Of a stretch of DNA of 22,430 nt, positions 14,998 to 22,430 are shown piece after piece. A program made the position numbers and the translations under genes. How positions within the stretch are numbered: position 1 is the stretch's first letter; the number at the start of each line of letters is the position of its first letter. The stretch is from a virus, in UHGV virus genome UHGV-0073206; one strand, 5' to 3'. Under the pieces are notes generated by a model. That model searched no databases and was not told the origin of the DNA. It worked only from the letters and a program-made list of their open reading frames with translations.

Positions 14998-15399
14998 ATG
15001 ATGAACGCCCTAGAAGTATCTATGTACAGAATCAGCAAGCTTCTTCAGGAAACTGGATGGAGCCAGGCTGAGCTTGCCCGTAGAATTGGTGTGACACAAC
15101 AAACTGTTCAACAATGGGTCAGCGGTAAGGCTACACCTAAAGCCTCAAGTTTGGATAAACTGGTTGAGGTTACAGGGCATCCATTGCATTGGTTTTTATT
15201 GCCTCCTGAAGAGGGGGAGCAAATTTTCACCCCTGACACGATGAAAATTGGTCCTCGTCAACGCGAACTGCTCCAGGCTTTTAGTGCGTTTCCAGAGGAA
15301 GACCAAGAAAAAATGCTTCAAGAAATCAAAGACAAGAAAAAATCAATGGAAGAAACCATTGCCCGGTGGTTGGCGGCACAAAAAAGCCGCCGGGCGTGA
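14998..15399 (+). CDS. XRE-family HTH repressor (PaaR2/RacR-like), candidate prophage repressor
   Basis: 133 aa; HTH (GWSQAELARRIGVTQQTVQQWVSGK) then HPLHWFLLPPEE; occupies the cI position divergent from the cro-like gene and directly upstream of the antitoxin/toxin pair. Confidence 0.75.
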   Translation: MMNALEVSMYRISKLLQETGWSQAELARRIGVTQQTVQQWVSGKATPKASSLDKLVEVTGHPLHWFLLPPEEGEQIFTPDTMKIGPRQRELLQAFSAFPEEDQEKMLQEIKDKKKSMEETIARWLAAQKSRRA

Positions 15400-15426
15400 C
15401 CACAGTACAAGAAGAGGAGTTATGCC

Positions 15427-15618
15427 ATGAGTACAGCCCTTTCTCCGATAGTTTCAGAATTCGAAACTACCGAACAAGAAAACAGTTACAACGAATGGTT
15501 ACGCGCTAAAGTGGCGTCAAGCCTTGCAGACCCTCGTCCCTCAATTCCACATGATGAGGTAATGGCTGAAATGGAGAATCTTATTGCTCAAATTGCTGTA
15601 ACTAACAGGAGCGAGTAA
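15427..15618 (+). CDS. paaA2: PaaA2-like antitoxin
   Basis: 63 aa; SPIVSEFETTEQENSYNEWLRAKVASSLADPRPSIPHDEV matches the recalled PaaA2 antitoxin of the PaaR2-PaaA2-ParE2 module; SD AGGAG 9 nt upstream; stop overlaps the toxin start (TAATG). Confidence 0.7.
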   Translation: MSTALSPIVSEFETTEQENSYNEWLRAKVASSLADPRPSIPHDEVMAEMENLIAQIAVTNRSE

Positions 15619-15905
15619 TGTTACCCATTTTGTGGCTACCATCTGCTCGCGATGATTTGCGTCAGATCGTAGCCTATATTGCTAAGGAAAATATTCCTGC
15701 AGCACGCAGACTAAAAATACGGATTGAAACGTCTGTTTTAGCCCTCTCTGAGCATCCATATCTATATCCGCCAAGTGATCGAGTATCCGGTTTGCGGGAA
15801 ATTGTGGTTCACCCTAATTATATCGTTTTGTACCGAGTAGCAGCTTCAAGCATTGAAATTGCAAATATTGTGCATGCCCGCCGACAATTTCCCTTCCCTA
15901 TCTGA
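15618..15905 (+). CDS. parE2: ParE/RelE-superfamily toxin (ParE2-like)
   Basis: 95 aa; ParE-like features (DDLRQIVAYIAKENIPAARRL...LSEHPYLYPPSDRVSGLREIVVHPNYIVLYRV); translationally coupled to the antitoxin. Confidence 0.8.
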   Translation: MLPILWLPSARDDLRQIVAYIAKENIPAARRLKIRIETSVLALSEHPYLYPPSDRVSGLREIVVHPNYIVLYRVAASSIEIANIVHARRQFPFPI

Positions 15906-15922
15906 ACTGAACAATTTTCACA

Positions 15923-15947
15923 CCCCCTCATTCGAGGGGGTTTTTTT
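15923..15947 (+). terminator. Rho-independent terminator after parE2-like gene
   Basis: CCCCCTC-ATTC-GAGGGGG followed by TTTTTTT. Confidence 0.7.
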
Positions 15948-15961
15948 GTCCAACACAACAA

Positions 15962-16001
15962 TTAAAAACTGTTGACACAAAACAGTTTTTAATTGTAGAT
16001 T
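15962..16001 (+). promoter_or_regulatory. Early-left (dicB-operon) promoter overlapped by operator inverted repeat
   Basis: -35 TTGACA (15972-15977), 18-nt spacer, -10 TAGATT (15996-16001); overlapped by TTAAAAACTGTTGACACAAAACAGTTTTTAA sharing the half-site of the 14926-14959 repeat. Confidence 0.55.
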
Positions 16002-16177
16002 ATTTCCACTACCCCACCCCGCCCCACAGAACGCAGGGCAATACTTCGAGTTACCCGGCAGTGGTCAGGGGTTAAGTAGCCAGCCCGAGGCGTAAGAACA
16101 TGACGGCAGGGTTCAACTTTAACTATGCAGCAGGTTTTTGTTCCGCTACCCCGGCGTTAAGGGGAAATGAGGTCAGC

Positions 16178-16333
16178 ATGGATACTATCGATCTTGGCAA
16201 CAACGAATCTCTGGTGTGCGGCGTGTTTCCCAATCAGGACGGCACGTTCACCGCGATGACGTATACCAAAAGCAAAACGCTTAAAACCGAAAATGGTGCC
16301 CGTCGCTGGCTGGAAAGAAACTCAGGTGAGTGA
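16178..16333 (+). CDS. ydfA: YdfA/YdaF-like small protein (51 aa)
   Basis: Start at Met MDTIDLGNNESLV... with SD GAGG; matches recalled YdfA/YdaF of Qin/Rac prophages; first gene of the dicB-type operon. Confidence 0.6.
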   Translation: MDTIDLGNNESLVCGVFPNQDGTFTAMTYTKSKTLKTENGARRWLERNSGE

Positions 16334-16334
16334 T

Positions 16335-16463
16335 ATGGATTTCAACACAATCATGGAAAAGGCTTACGAAGAATACTTCGAAGGCCTTGCCGAAGGCGAA
16401 GAAGCCCTCAGCTTCAGCGAATTTAAACAGGCGCTTTCCAGTTCGGCAAAATCTAACGGCTGA
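16335..16463 (+). CDS. ydfB: YdfB-like small protein (42 aa)
   Basis: MDFNTIMEKAYEEYFEGLAEGEEALSFSEFKQALSSSAKSNG; start 1 nt after the ydfA-like stop; size and position match YdfB. Confidence 0.5.
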   Translation: MDFNTIMEKAYEEYFEGLAEGEEALSFSEFKQALSSSAKSNG

Positions 16464-16492
16464 TAAGCGAAGCAGCACCGCGAGGAATCAGT

Positions 16493-16711
16493 ATGCAGAA
16501 ACGAGAACCCGTCATCATCGCGCCAGACTATACCGATGATGAACTTTATGAGTGGATGCACCAGAAAATTAAGGCTGCGCAGGACCTGAAATGGGCCAAT
16601 GAAGCCAGGGCTAAGCAGGCTGAAAATCTGTCCGCTCTGGAGCAGGATATCACCAATCTGGAAAAAGCAGCGGCATTAAGCATTGCCAGAATGATTACAT
16701 ACCCACGTTAA
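16493..16711 (+). CDS. ydfC: YdfC-like protein (72 aa)
   Basis: 72-aa coiled-coil-like ORF third in the operon; size and order match YdfC of Qin-type dicB operons. Confidence 0.55.
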   Translation: MQKREPVIIAPDYTDDELYEWMHQKIKAAQDLKWANEARAKQAENLSALEQDITNLEKAAALSIARMITYPR

Positions 16712-16733
16712 TGGTTAACCAACGAGGCTAATA

Positions 16734-17339
16734 ATGGAATTTAAAGATTTACCAAAAGAAATCCAGATAATTGCTGCAACGACACTCGGTGATAGTCTGG
16801 TGAAAATTGACCCGGCATACACCAAAAAAGAAACCATCGATAATATGGTTCGTAATGTGCGCAATGCTTTTTCAGGGCTATATGGTTCTGATAATCAAAA
16901 ACAGGAAAACGATATTGATGAACGGGTAATTTCTGTTTGCCTGAATGGTCATGTTATTTCAGCAATCAGAACAGAAACGGCAACTGCTTTTGATTATCTC
17001 TGCATGATTCAGAGTCTTGCCGATGTTCTGTTGAAATCAAAAGATTTAGAAAACGATGCAAATTTACAGGGGCGCACAATAGCACATCCATATGCACATA
17101 TTTTAAGCTCTGTGGATGTTAAAAATAATACCCTGCAAGTTGCTTTCGAACATTCACCGCAAGAGTTAAAAACGAAAAAAGACGATGCGGATAAAAATAA
17201 TAACGATGCACCTGATTTGTTTATTATCAGCTCAAAGCTGCTGGAAATCATGAAGAGCGAGCTTGAAAAACACAACATCAAGCCCACTTCTGTAAATTTA
17301 CGATGGGTAATGAGGATTATTGACGCTTCTCTGTCATAA
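16734..17339 (+). CDS. Hypothetical protein (201 aa), AT-rich cargo gene inserted between ydfC-like and DicF-like
   Basis: Clean 201-aa ORF, visibly more AT-rich than flanking genes, starting 23 nt after ydfC-like; no recognised domain; Lys/Asp/Asn-rich with no TM segment. Confidence 0.6.
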   Translation: MEFKDLPKEIQIIAATTLGDSLVKIDPAYTKKETIDNMVRNVRNAFSGLYGSDNQKQENDIDERVISVCLNGHVISAIRTETATAFDYLCMIQSLADVLLKSKDLENDANLQGRTIAHPYAHILSSVDVKNNTLQVAFEHSPQELKTKKDDADKNNNDAPDLFIISSKLLEIMKSELEKHNIKPTSVNLRWVMRIIDASLS

Positions 17340-17439
17340 GCTTCTTATCCAGGAATGCTTCAAATGTATTGTAAATGGCGTCAATTTCCCCCATTTGCTC
17401 GGTAGCAAGAGAAATGGCGTGAGATAGTGAAAGGGGCAC

Positions 17440-17508
17440 CTAGCAATGGGCGTTAAAGGTTTCCACGGCCAGGCGCATAAGAAACATTACTTTTTCTTCT
17501 TGTGTCAT
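17440..17508 (-). CDS. 22-aa ORF with near-consensus SD (MTQEEKVMFLMRLAVETFNAHC); possible small peptide or chance ORF
   Basis: ATG preceded by AGGAGG at 9-nt spacing on the minus strand; lies within the ORF-poor segment downstream of the 201-aa gene. Confidence 0.2.
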   Translation of the reverse strand: MTQEEKVMFLMRLAVETFNAHC

Positions 17509-17832
17509 AAATTTCACCCTCCTGAGGGTTGGTAATTAAGGAGTTCTCCACGGGTGAGGTGGAGTGTGTGCGCCGGACACGGGTGAGCATCCGGCACTGA
17601 CAGTTTACAGAAAGGATATATCCCTGAAAAGTCAGGGCATAACGCGAAAGCGCACGGCGAGGTAGTTGGTTCATAGATAGCCTGTCGTTAAATTTTCGTC
17701 GACCGTGCGCTTCCGGTTGTGGCACTCCGCGAAATGGCGCGGCGGTAAGTATGGCGGGGTTATTCCTTCCCCGTTGAGGACACCGGGTTGTCAGGTTGAC
17801 CATACGCCTGAGTGACAACTCCGCTACAACAA

Positions 17833-17895
17833 CCCATGTTGATTACCTTTTGGCGGGTATTCGTTTTGTTTTTCCCGTGATACCCGCCCCTTTTA
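17833..17895 (+). ncRNA. dicF: DicF-like small RNA (divergent 5' region, conserved 3' terminator stem)
   Basis: ...UUGAUUACCUUUUGGCGGGUAUUCGUUUUGUUUUUCCCGUGAUACCCGCCCCUUUU has the same architecture as recalled DicF (…UUUGGCGGUAUCAGUUUUACUCCGUGACUGCUCUGCCGCCCUUUUU): GGCGG stem, CCGUGA, CCGCCC+U-tract; lies ~175 nt upstream of dicB as in Qin. 5' boundary is approximate. Confidence 0.4.
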
Positions 17896-17898
17896 AAG

Positions 17899-18054
17899 TG
17901 AATTTTGTGATGCGGTGAATGCGGCTCAGCGCACGCGGAACAGTTAAAACAAGCGGTCTTTTACTTGCGTAACAGACATCAACTAACAATCCGGCGTTAA
18001 TTGTTGACTGGTTAACGTCACCTGGAGGCACCAGGCACCGCATCACAAAATTCA
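17899..18054 (+). other. Perfect 19-bp inverted repeat pair (TGAATTTTGTGATGCGGTG ... CACCGCATCACAAAATTCA) enclosing 118 nt; candidate RNase III processing duplex between DicF-like and dicB
   Basis: Arms at 17899-17917 and 18036-18054 are exact reverse complements; located between the DicF-like terminator and the dicB SD. Confidence 0.45.
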
Positions 18055-18071
18055 TTGTTGAGGACGCGATA

Positions 18072-18260
18072 ATGGAAACGTTATTACCAAACGTTAATAC
18101 GTCTGAAGGTTGTTTTGAAATTGGTGTCACTATCAGTAACCCAGTATTTACTGAAGATGCCATTAACAAGAGAAAACAAGAACGGGAGCTATTAAATAAA
18201 ATATGCATTGTTTCAATGCTGGCCCGTTTACGCCTGATGCAAAAAGGATGCTGGCAATGA
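18072..18260 (+). CDS. dicB: Cell division inhibitor DicB
   Basis: 62 aa METLLPNVNTSEGCFEIGVTISNPVFTEDAINKRKQERELLNKICIVSMLARLRLMQKGCWQ, near-identical to recalled DicB; SD GAGGA at 8-nt spacing. Confidence 0.8.
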   Translation: METLLPNVNTSEGCFEIGVTISNPVFTEDAINKRKQERELLNKICIVSMLARLRLMQKGCWQ

Positions 18261-18460
18261 ATACTACATTTGCACTTGTTCTGACGGTTTTTCTTGTTTC
18301 CAGTGAACCGGTTGACATGGTTACTGGCGTATACGGCTCAATGAAAGAATGCATGGTTGCCGCAGCGGAACAGAAAATTCCCGGTAACTGTTATCCGGTC
18401 GATAAAGTTATTCACATGGATAATAACGAAATCCCGGCAGGACTTAAAACAGCACCGTAA
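18257..18460 (+). CDS. ydfD: YdfD-like small protein with N-terminal hydrophobic segment
   Basis: Start ATG overlaps the dicB stop (ATGA); MNTTFALVLTVFLVSSEPVDM...; position and size match YdfD of Qin-type operons. Confidence 0.5.
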   Translation: MNTTFALVLTVFLVSSEPVDMVTGVYGSMKECMVAAAEQKIPGNCYPVDKVIHMDNNEIPAGLKTAP

Positions 18461-18540
18461 TTAATATCCGGTTTCATTTTTATATGCCAGCAATGGCAGG
18501 GATTTGTTCACCCTTAAATCTGTAATGAGGTTAAAACAAA

Positions 18541-21012
18541 ATGAGTAAAGTCTTTATTTGCGCCGCCATTCCGGACGAACAGGCAATAAAGGAAGAAGGT
18601 GCAGTCGCTGTAGCCACTGCCATTGAAGCCGGCGACGAACGTCGCGCCCGTGCCAAATTTACCTGGCAATTCCTGGAGCAATATCCGGCTGCTCAGGACT
18701 GCGCTTATAAATTTCTTGTCTGCGAGGATAAACCCGGCATGCCCCGCCCTGCCATCGACTCTTGGGATGCTGAATATATGCAGGAAAACCGCTGGGATGA
18801 GGAGTCAGCTTCCTTTGTCCCGGTTGAGACTGAATCAGATCCGATGAACGTCACTTTTGACAAGCTGGCCCCTGAAGTACAGAACGCTGTCATGGTTAAG
18901 TTCGACACATGTGAAAACATCACCGTTGATATGGTGATTAGTGCACAGGAACTGTTGCAGGAAGACATGGCAACATTCGACGGACATATCGTTGAAGCGT
19001 TGATGAAAATGCCAGAAGTTAACGCCATGTATCCGGAGCTTAAGCTGCATGCCATCGGGTGGGTTAAGCATAAATGTAAGCCTGGAGCTAAATGGCCCGA
19101 AATTCAGGCAGAGATGCGCATCTGGAAAAAACGTCGCGAAGGTGAACGCAAGGAAACCGGAAAATACACGTCTGCTGCTGATCTCGTCCGCGCCAGAGCC
19201 AATCAACAGAACACTGAAAATTCAACAGGAAAAATCAGCCCGGTCATTGCTGCCACTCATCGCGAATACAAGCAGACATGGAAAACACTGGATGATGAAC
19301 TGGCCTACGCTCTGTGGCCTGGTGACATTGATGCCGGAAACATTGACGGCAGCATCCATCGCTGGGCAAAAAATGAAGTTATCGACAACGACCGCGAAGA
19401 CTGGAAGCGTATCTCGGCATCAATGCGCAAACAGCCTGATGCCCTTCGCTACGACCGCCAGACTATTTTTGGCCTTGTCCGTGAGCGTCCGATCGACATT
19501 CACAAAGACCCTGTGGCACTGAACAAATACATTACTGAATACCTGACTACAAAGGGCGTGTTTGAAGATGAAGGAACAAATCAGAGCGCAACTGATACTC
19601 TCTCGTCGCCAGTACCAGAAACTGATGCAGTGGAAACGGCAATTCCGGACAACGAAAAAACCGAATGCAAAGTGGAAGTCGAACCATCTGTAGAGCGTGA
19701 GGGGCCGTTCTACTTCCTCTTCACCGACAAGGATGGCGAAAAATACGGTCGCGCAAACAAACTTTCTGGTCTGGATAAGGCGCTGTCTGCTGGGGCTACT
19801 GAAATCACGAAAGAAGAATATTTCGCCCGCAAAAACGGTACATACTCAGGTTCACAACAAAATACTGGTGCATCTGACACGACCGCACAACCAGGGTCAG
19901 TAAAAGTTACCGCTGACGAAGTAAACAAAATTATGCAGGCAGCCAATATCAGCCAGCCTGACGCCGATGAACTGCTTGCAGTATCACGTGGTGAATTTGT
20001 TGCAGGAATTAGCGATCCGAATGATCCGAAATGGGTGAAGGGGATGGAAACCCGCGATTCTGTGAACCAGAACCAGCAAGAAACGGAACAGAACGGCCAG
20101 AAAGCGGAACAAAACAGCCCAAATGCGTTACAAAACGAGCCAGAAACGAAACAGCCTGAACCAGTAGTGCAACAGGAACCGGAAAAGATCTGCACCGCCT
20201 GCGGTCAGACCGGCGGCGGCAACTGCCCTGATTGTGGCGCGGTGATGGGCGACGCAACATACCAGGAAACATTCGATGAAGAGTATCAGGTTGAAGTTCA
20301 GGAAGATGATCCGGAGGAAATGGAAGGCGCTGAACATCCAAACAAGAAGAACACTGGCGGCAATCAGCATCACAATAGCGATAATGAAACTGGCGAGATG
20401 GCAGATCACTCAATTAAGGTGAACGGTCATCACGAAATCACATCCGCCAGTAGGACGTGTGACCATCTAATGATCGACCTTGAAACCATGGGAAAAAATC
20501 CTGATGCCCCGATCATCTCAATAGGTGCAATATTTTTCGATCCGCAAACCGGAGATATGGGACCGGAATTTAGTAAGACTATCGATCTGGAAACTGCTGG
20601 CGGAGTCATTGATCGGGACACCATTAAATGGTGGCTTAAGCAATCACGCGAAGCGCAATCTGCCATTATGACCGATGAAATCCCGTTAGATGATGCACTG
20701 TTACAATTGCGGGAATTTATCGACGAAAACTCCGGTGAATTTTTTGTTCAGGTCTGGGGAAATGGAGCCAACTTCGACAACACGATTTTGCGCCGTTCAT
20801 ACGAACGGCAGGGGATCCCCTGCCCGTGGCGTTACTACAACGATCGCGATGTACGCACAATCGTTGAGCTGGGGAAAGCCATAGACTTCGATGCCAGAAC
20901 GGCTATCCCATTCGAAGGTGAGCGCCATAATGCACTTGATGACGCTCGTTACCAGGCAAAATACGTTTCAGCTATCTGGCAAAAACTGATCCCGAGTCAG
21001 GCTGATTTTTAA
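18541..21012 (+). CDS. RecE-like (YdfE-like) protein with C-terminal DEDDh 3'-5' exonuclease domain
   Basis: 823 aa; central region (SRGEFVAGISDPNDPKWVKG...CTACGQTGGGNCPDCGAVMGDATYQETF) matches recalled Rac RecE including the CxxC-x9-CxxC zinc ribbon; the C-terminus carries DnaQ-like motifs (HLMIDLETMG; VWGNGANFD; HNALDDARYQAKY) instead of RecE's PD-(D/E)XK nuclease domain. No recT follows. Confidence 0.7.
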   Translation: MSKVFICAAIPDEQAIKEEGAVAVATAIEAGDERRARAKFTWQFLEQYPAAQDCAYKFLVCEDKPGMPRPAIDSWDAEYMQENRWDEESASFVPVETESDPMNVTFDKLAPEVQNAVMVKFDTCENITVDMVISAQELLQEDMATFDGHIVEALMKMPEVNAMYPELKLHAIGWVKHKCKPGAKWPEIQAEMRIWKKRREGERKETGKYTSAADLVRARANQQNTENSTGKISPVIAATHREYKQTWKTLDDELAYALWPGDIDAGNIDGSIHRWAKNEVIDNDREDWKRISASMRKQPDALRYDRQTIFGLVRERPIDIHKDPVALNKYITEYLTTKGVFEDEGTNQSATDTLSSPVPETDAVETAIPDNEKTECKVEVEPSVEREGPFYFLFTDKDGEKYGRANKLSGLDKALSAGATEITKEEYFARKNGTYSGSQQNTGASDTTAQPGSVKVTADEVNKIMQAANISQPDADELLAVSRGEFVAGISDPNDPKWVKGMETRDSVNQNQQETEQNGQKAEQNSPNALQNEPETKQPEPVVQQEPEKICTACGQTGGGNCPDCGAVMGDATYQETFDEEYQVEVQEDDPEEMEGAEHPNKKNTGGNQHHNSDNETGEMADHSIKVNGHHEITSASRTCDHLMIDLETMGKNPDAPIISIGAIFFDPQTGDMGPEFSKTIDLETAGGVIDRDTIKWWLKQSREAQSAIMTDEIPLDDALLQLREFIDENSGEFFVQVWGNGANFDNTILRRSYERQGIPCPWRYYNDRDVRTIVELGKAIDFDARTAIPFEGERHNALDDARYQAKYVSAIWQKLIPSQADF

Positions 21013-21073
21013 TGTTCAACCGTCGCCAGTTGTCGTTGGTATTCTGCAACTGGCGTGTTCCGGAGTGATAGCC

Positions 21074-21343
21074 ATGAGCGAACAGTACCTGATAACGCTC
21101 GACGAGTGGAAACCAAAACGGTTCAGTCTCCCAATAACAAACACTACCCTGGTGAAATACGGAAAACTAGGATACATCGTTCCAAGACCACAAAAAATTC
21201 GTGGGCGTTGGCTGATAGATCGCCGGGCAGTATTTGTTGGACCTGGTGAAACGGGAATTGCGCCGGAAATTCATACTGGCGATGATGATGCACTGAAGGA
21301 GATTTTAACTCATGTCACCGAGGCCACGAAAAAACAGCACTGA
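21074..21343 (+). CDS. xis: Excisionase (Xis-like)
   Basis: 89 aa from ATG with SD GGAG; small basic protein (LITLDEWKPKRFSLPITNTTLVKYGKLGYIVPRPQKIRGRWLIDRRA) immediately upstream of and overlapping the integrase gene. Confidence 0.65.
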   Translation: MSEQYLITLDEWKPKRFSLPITNTTLVKYGKLGYIVPRPQKIRGRWLIDRRAVFVGPGETGIAPEIHTGDDDALKEILTHVTEATKKQH

Positions 21344-22430
21344 CGTAACCGGTCTTTACGAAAAGTTTGATCGCAGAACTGGCAGGGTTTACTACCAGTA
21401 TAAAAACCCTGTGACTGGAAAATTTCACGGTCTCGGAACAGACAAAGGCAAAGCAGAAAAAATCGCTTCCACAGCCAATCAGCGAATAGCTGCAGCAGAA
21501 GCTGAATATTTCATGCGCAAAATTGATGAAAGTCCGTCAGCAACAAAACGTCGGGGTATCAGATTAAAGGCATGGGTTGATCGATATCTGAAAATACAGG
21601 ACACGCGACTGAAAAATGGGGATATTGCAACTACAACTCACAAAGAAAAAGCCCGAATGGCTGCATACCTGGTTTCCCGTCTGGGAAACCACCCATTGAA
21701 AGAACTGGAAGTAAGAGACTTTGCATTAATACTGGATGAGTGGCTGGATAAAGACATGGTCAGCACAGCGAGAGTAAATCGTGGATTATGGGTTGATATT
21801 TATAAAGAAGCACAGCATGCAGGGGAAGTTCCTCCTGGATGGAATCCTCCGGAGGCTACCCGTAAACCGATCCCTAAAGTAACCAGAGCCAGGCTCACCC
21901 TGGAAGACTGGCAAAAAATTTACAACGCAACGCCTGAAAAACACTTTATCCGTAACGCAATGCTTCTTGCGATTGTTACTGGTCAGCGCCGTGATGACAT
22001 TTGCCACATGCGTTTTTCAGATGTGTGGAACGAACACCTGCATATCACCCAGGGAAAAACCGGAATGCGTCTGGCGTTACCGCTTACACTACGCTGTGAT
22101 GCCATTGGGATAACGTTAAAAGAAGTTATTGATGGGTGCCGAGACAGAATATTAAGTCCATATCTAATCCATAGTCGGCACCAGAAACAACCGAAGCCGA
22201 TGAGTAAAGACAACCTGAGCGACTACTTTGCCAAAGCACGGGATCTGGCTGGGATAATTCCACCAGCAGGAAAAACTCCGCCAACATTTCATGAACAACG
22301 CTCTCTATCAGAACGGCTGTACCGTGCACAGGGTATCGATACAAAAACATTACTAGGACATAAAGTCCAGGCAACCACCGATCGCTATAACGATACTCGA
22401 GGTCAGGAATGGGTTAAGTTGGTTATTTGA
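21312..22430 (+). CDS. int: Lambda-family tyrosine integrase
   Basis: 372 aa; strong similarity to recalled lambda Int motifs: LAIVTGQRRDDICHMRFSD (Arg), PPTFHEQRSLSERLY (His-x-x-Arg), LLGHKVQATTDRYNDTRGQEW (catalytic Tyr); stop is the last codon of the window. Confidence 0.9.
   Translation: MSPRPRKNSTDVTGLYEKFDRRTGRVYYQYKNPVTGKFHGLGTDKGKAEKIASTANQRIAAAEAEYFMRKIDESPSATKRRGIRLKAWVDRYLKIQDTRLKNGDIATTTHKEKARMAAYLVSRLGNHPLKELEVRDFALILDEWLDKDMVSTARVNRGLWVDIYKEAQHAGEVPPGWNPPEATRKPIPKVTRARLTLEDWQKIYNATPEKHFIRNAMLLAIVTGQRRDDICHMRFSDVWNEHLHITQGKTGMRLALPLTLRCDAIGITLKEVIDGCRDRILSPYLIHSRHQKQPKPMSKDNLSDYFAKARDLAGIIPPAGKTPPTFHEQRSLSERLYRAQGIDTKTLLGHKVQATTDRYNDTRGQEWVKLVI

Noticed and set aside
17453-17818. 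121-aa minus-strand ORF
   Set aside because: Arg/Pro-rich, low-complexity translation of a GC-rich structured segment with no SD and no coding-like composition; judged non-coding.
17340-18060. Retron (msr/msd) or other RT-dependent element, suggested by the long inverted repeats and structured non-coding RNA
   Set aside because: No reverse transcriptase gene anywhere nearby; the inverted repeat sits exactly where the DicF-dicB processing duplex is expected, which explains it better.
18623-20413. Internal and antisense ORFs within the RecE-like gene (18623..18847, 18705..19055, 18835..19206, 19049..19522, 19710..20195, 20009..20413)
   Set aside because: Nested in or antisense to an 823-aa ORF with clear domain motifs; compositions are low-complexity.

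Overview
This window is the left ~22 kb of a defective (cryptic) lambdoid prophage inserted directly after the host gene potB; potC, which normally follows potB, is absent. All identifications are from reading the sequence and ORF track and from recalled protein families; no searches were run. From left to right: potB (+); a decayed Mu-like tail remnant on the minus strand (tail fiber assembly gene, baseplate/tail protein, chaperone fragment, tube, sheath fragment) fused to an N-terminal terminase-large fragment; terminase small subunit and HNH endonuclease; a lysis cassette (two holin-like genes, M15 endolysin, small membrane protein plus lipoprotein); a two-gene cargo cassette between the Q-like antiterminator and the holin (HTH+TerB-domain protein coupled to a 50-aa membrane protein); RusA, a DUF968 protein, a complete hok/mok type I toxin locus, several small nin-region ORFs; a replication initiator with internal iterons; YdaT/YdaS-like (CII/Cro-like) genes; a divergent XRE repressor followed by a PaaA2/ParE2-like toxin-antitoxin pair; a Qin-like dicB operon (ydfA/B/C-like, DicF-like sRNA, dicB, ydfD-like) interrupted by a ~1.1 kb insertion (AT-rich 201-aa ORF plus ~490 bp ORF-poor GC-rich segment); a RecE-like protein with a DEDDh exonuclease C-terminus; and xis/int at the right edge. 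The most promising candidates for an undescribed system are the HTH-TerB/membrane-protein cassette in the stx-equivalent late position and the insertion inside the dicB operon. I found no CRISPR array, tRNA, rRNA or IS element.
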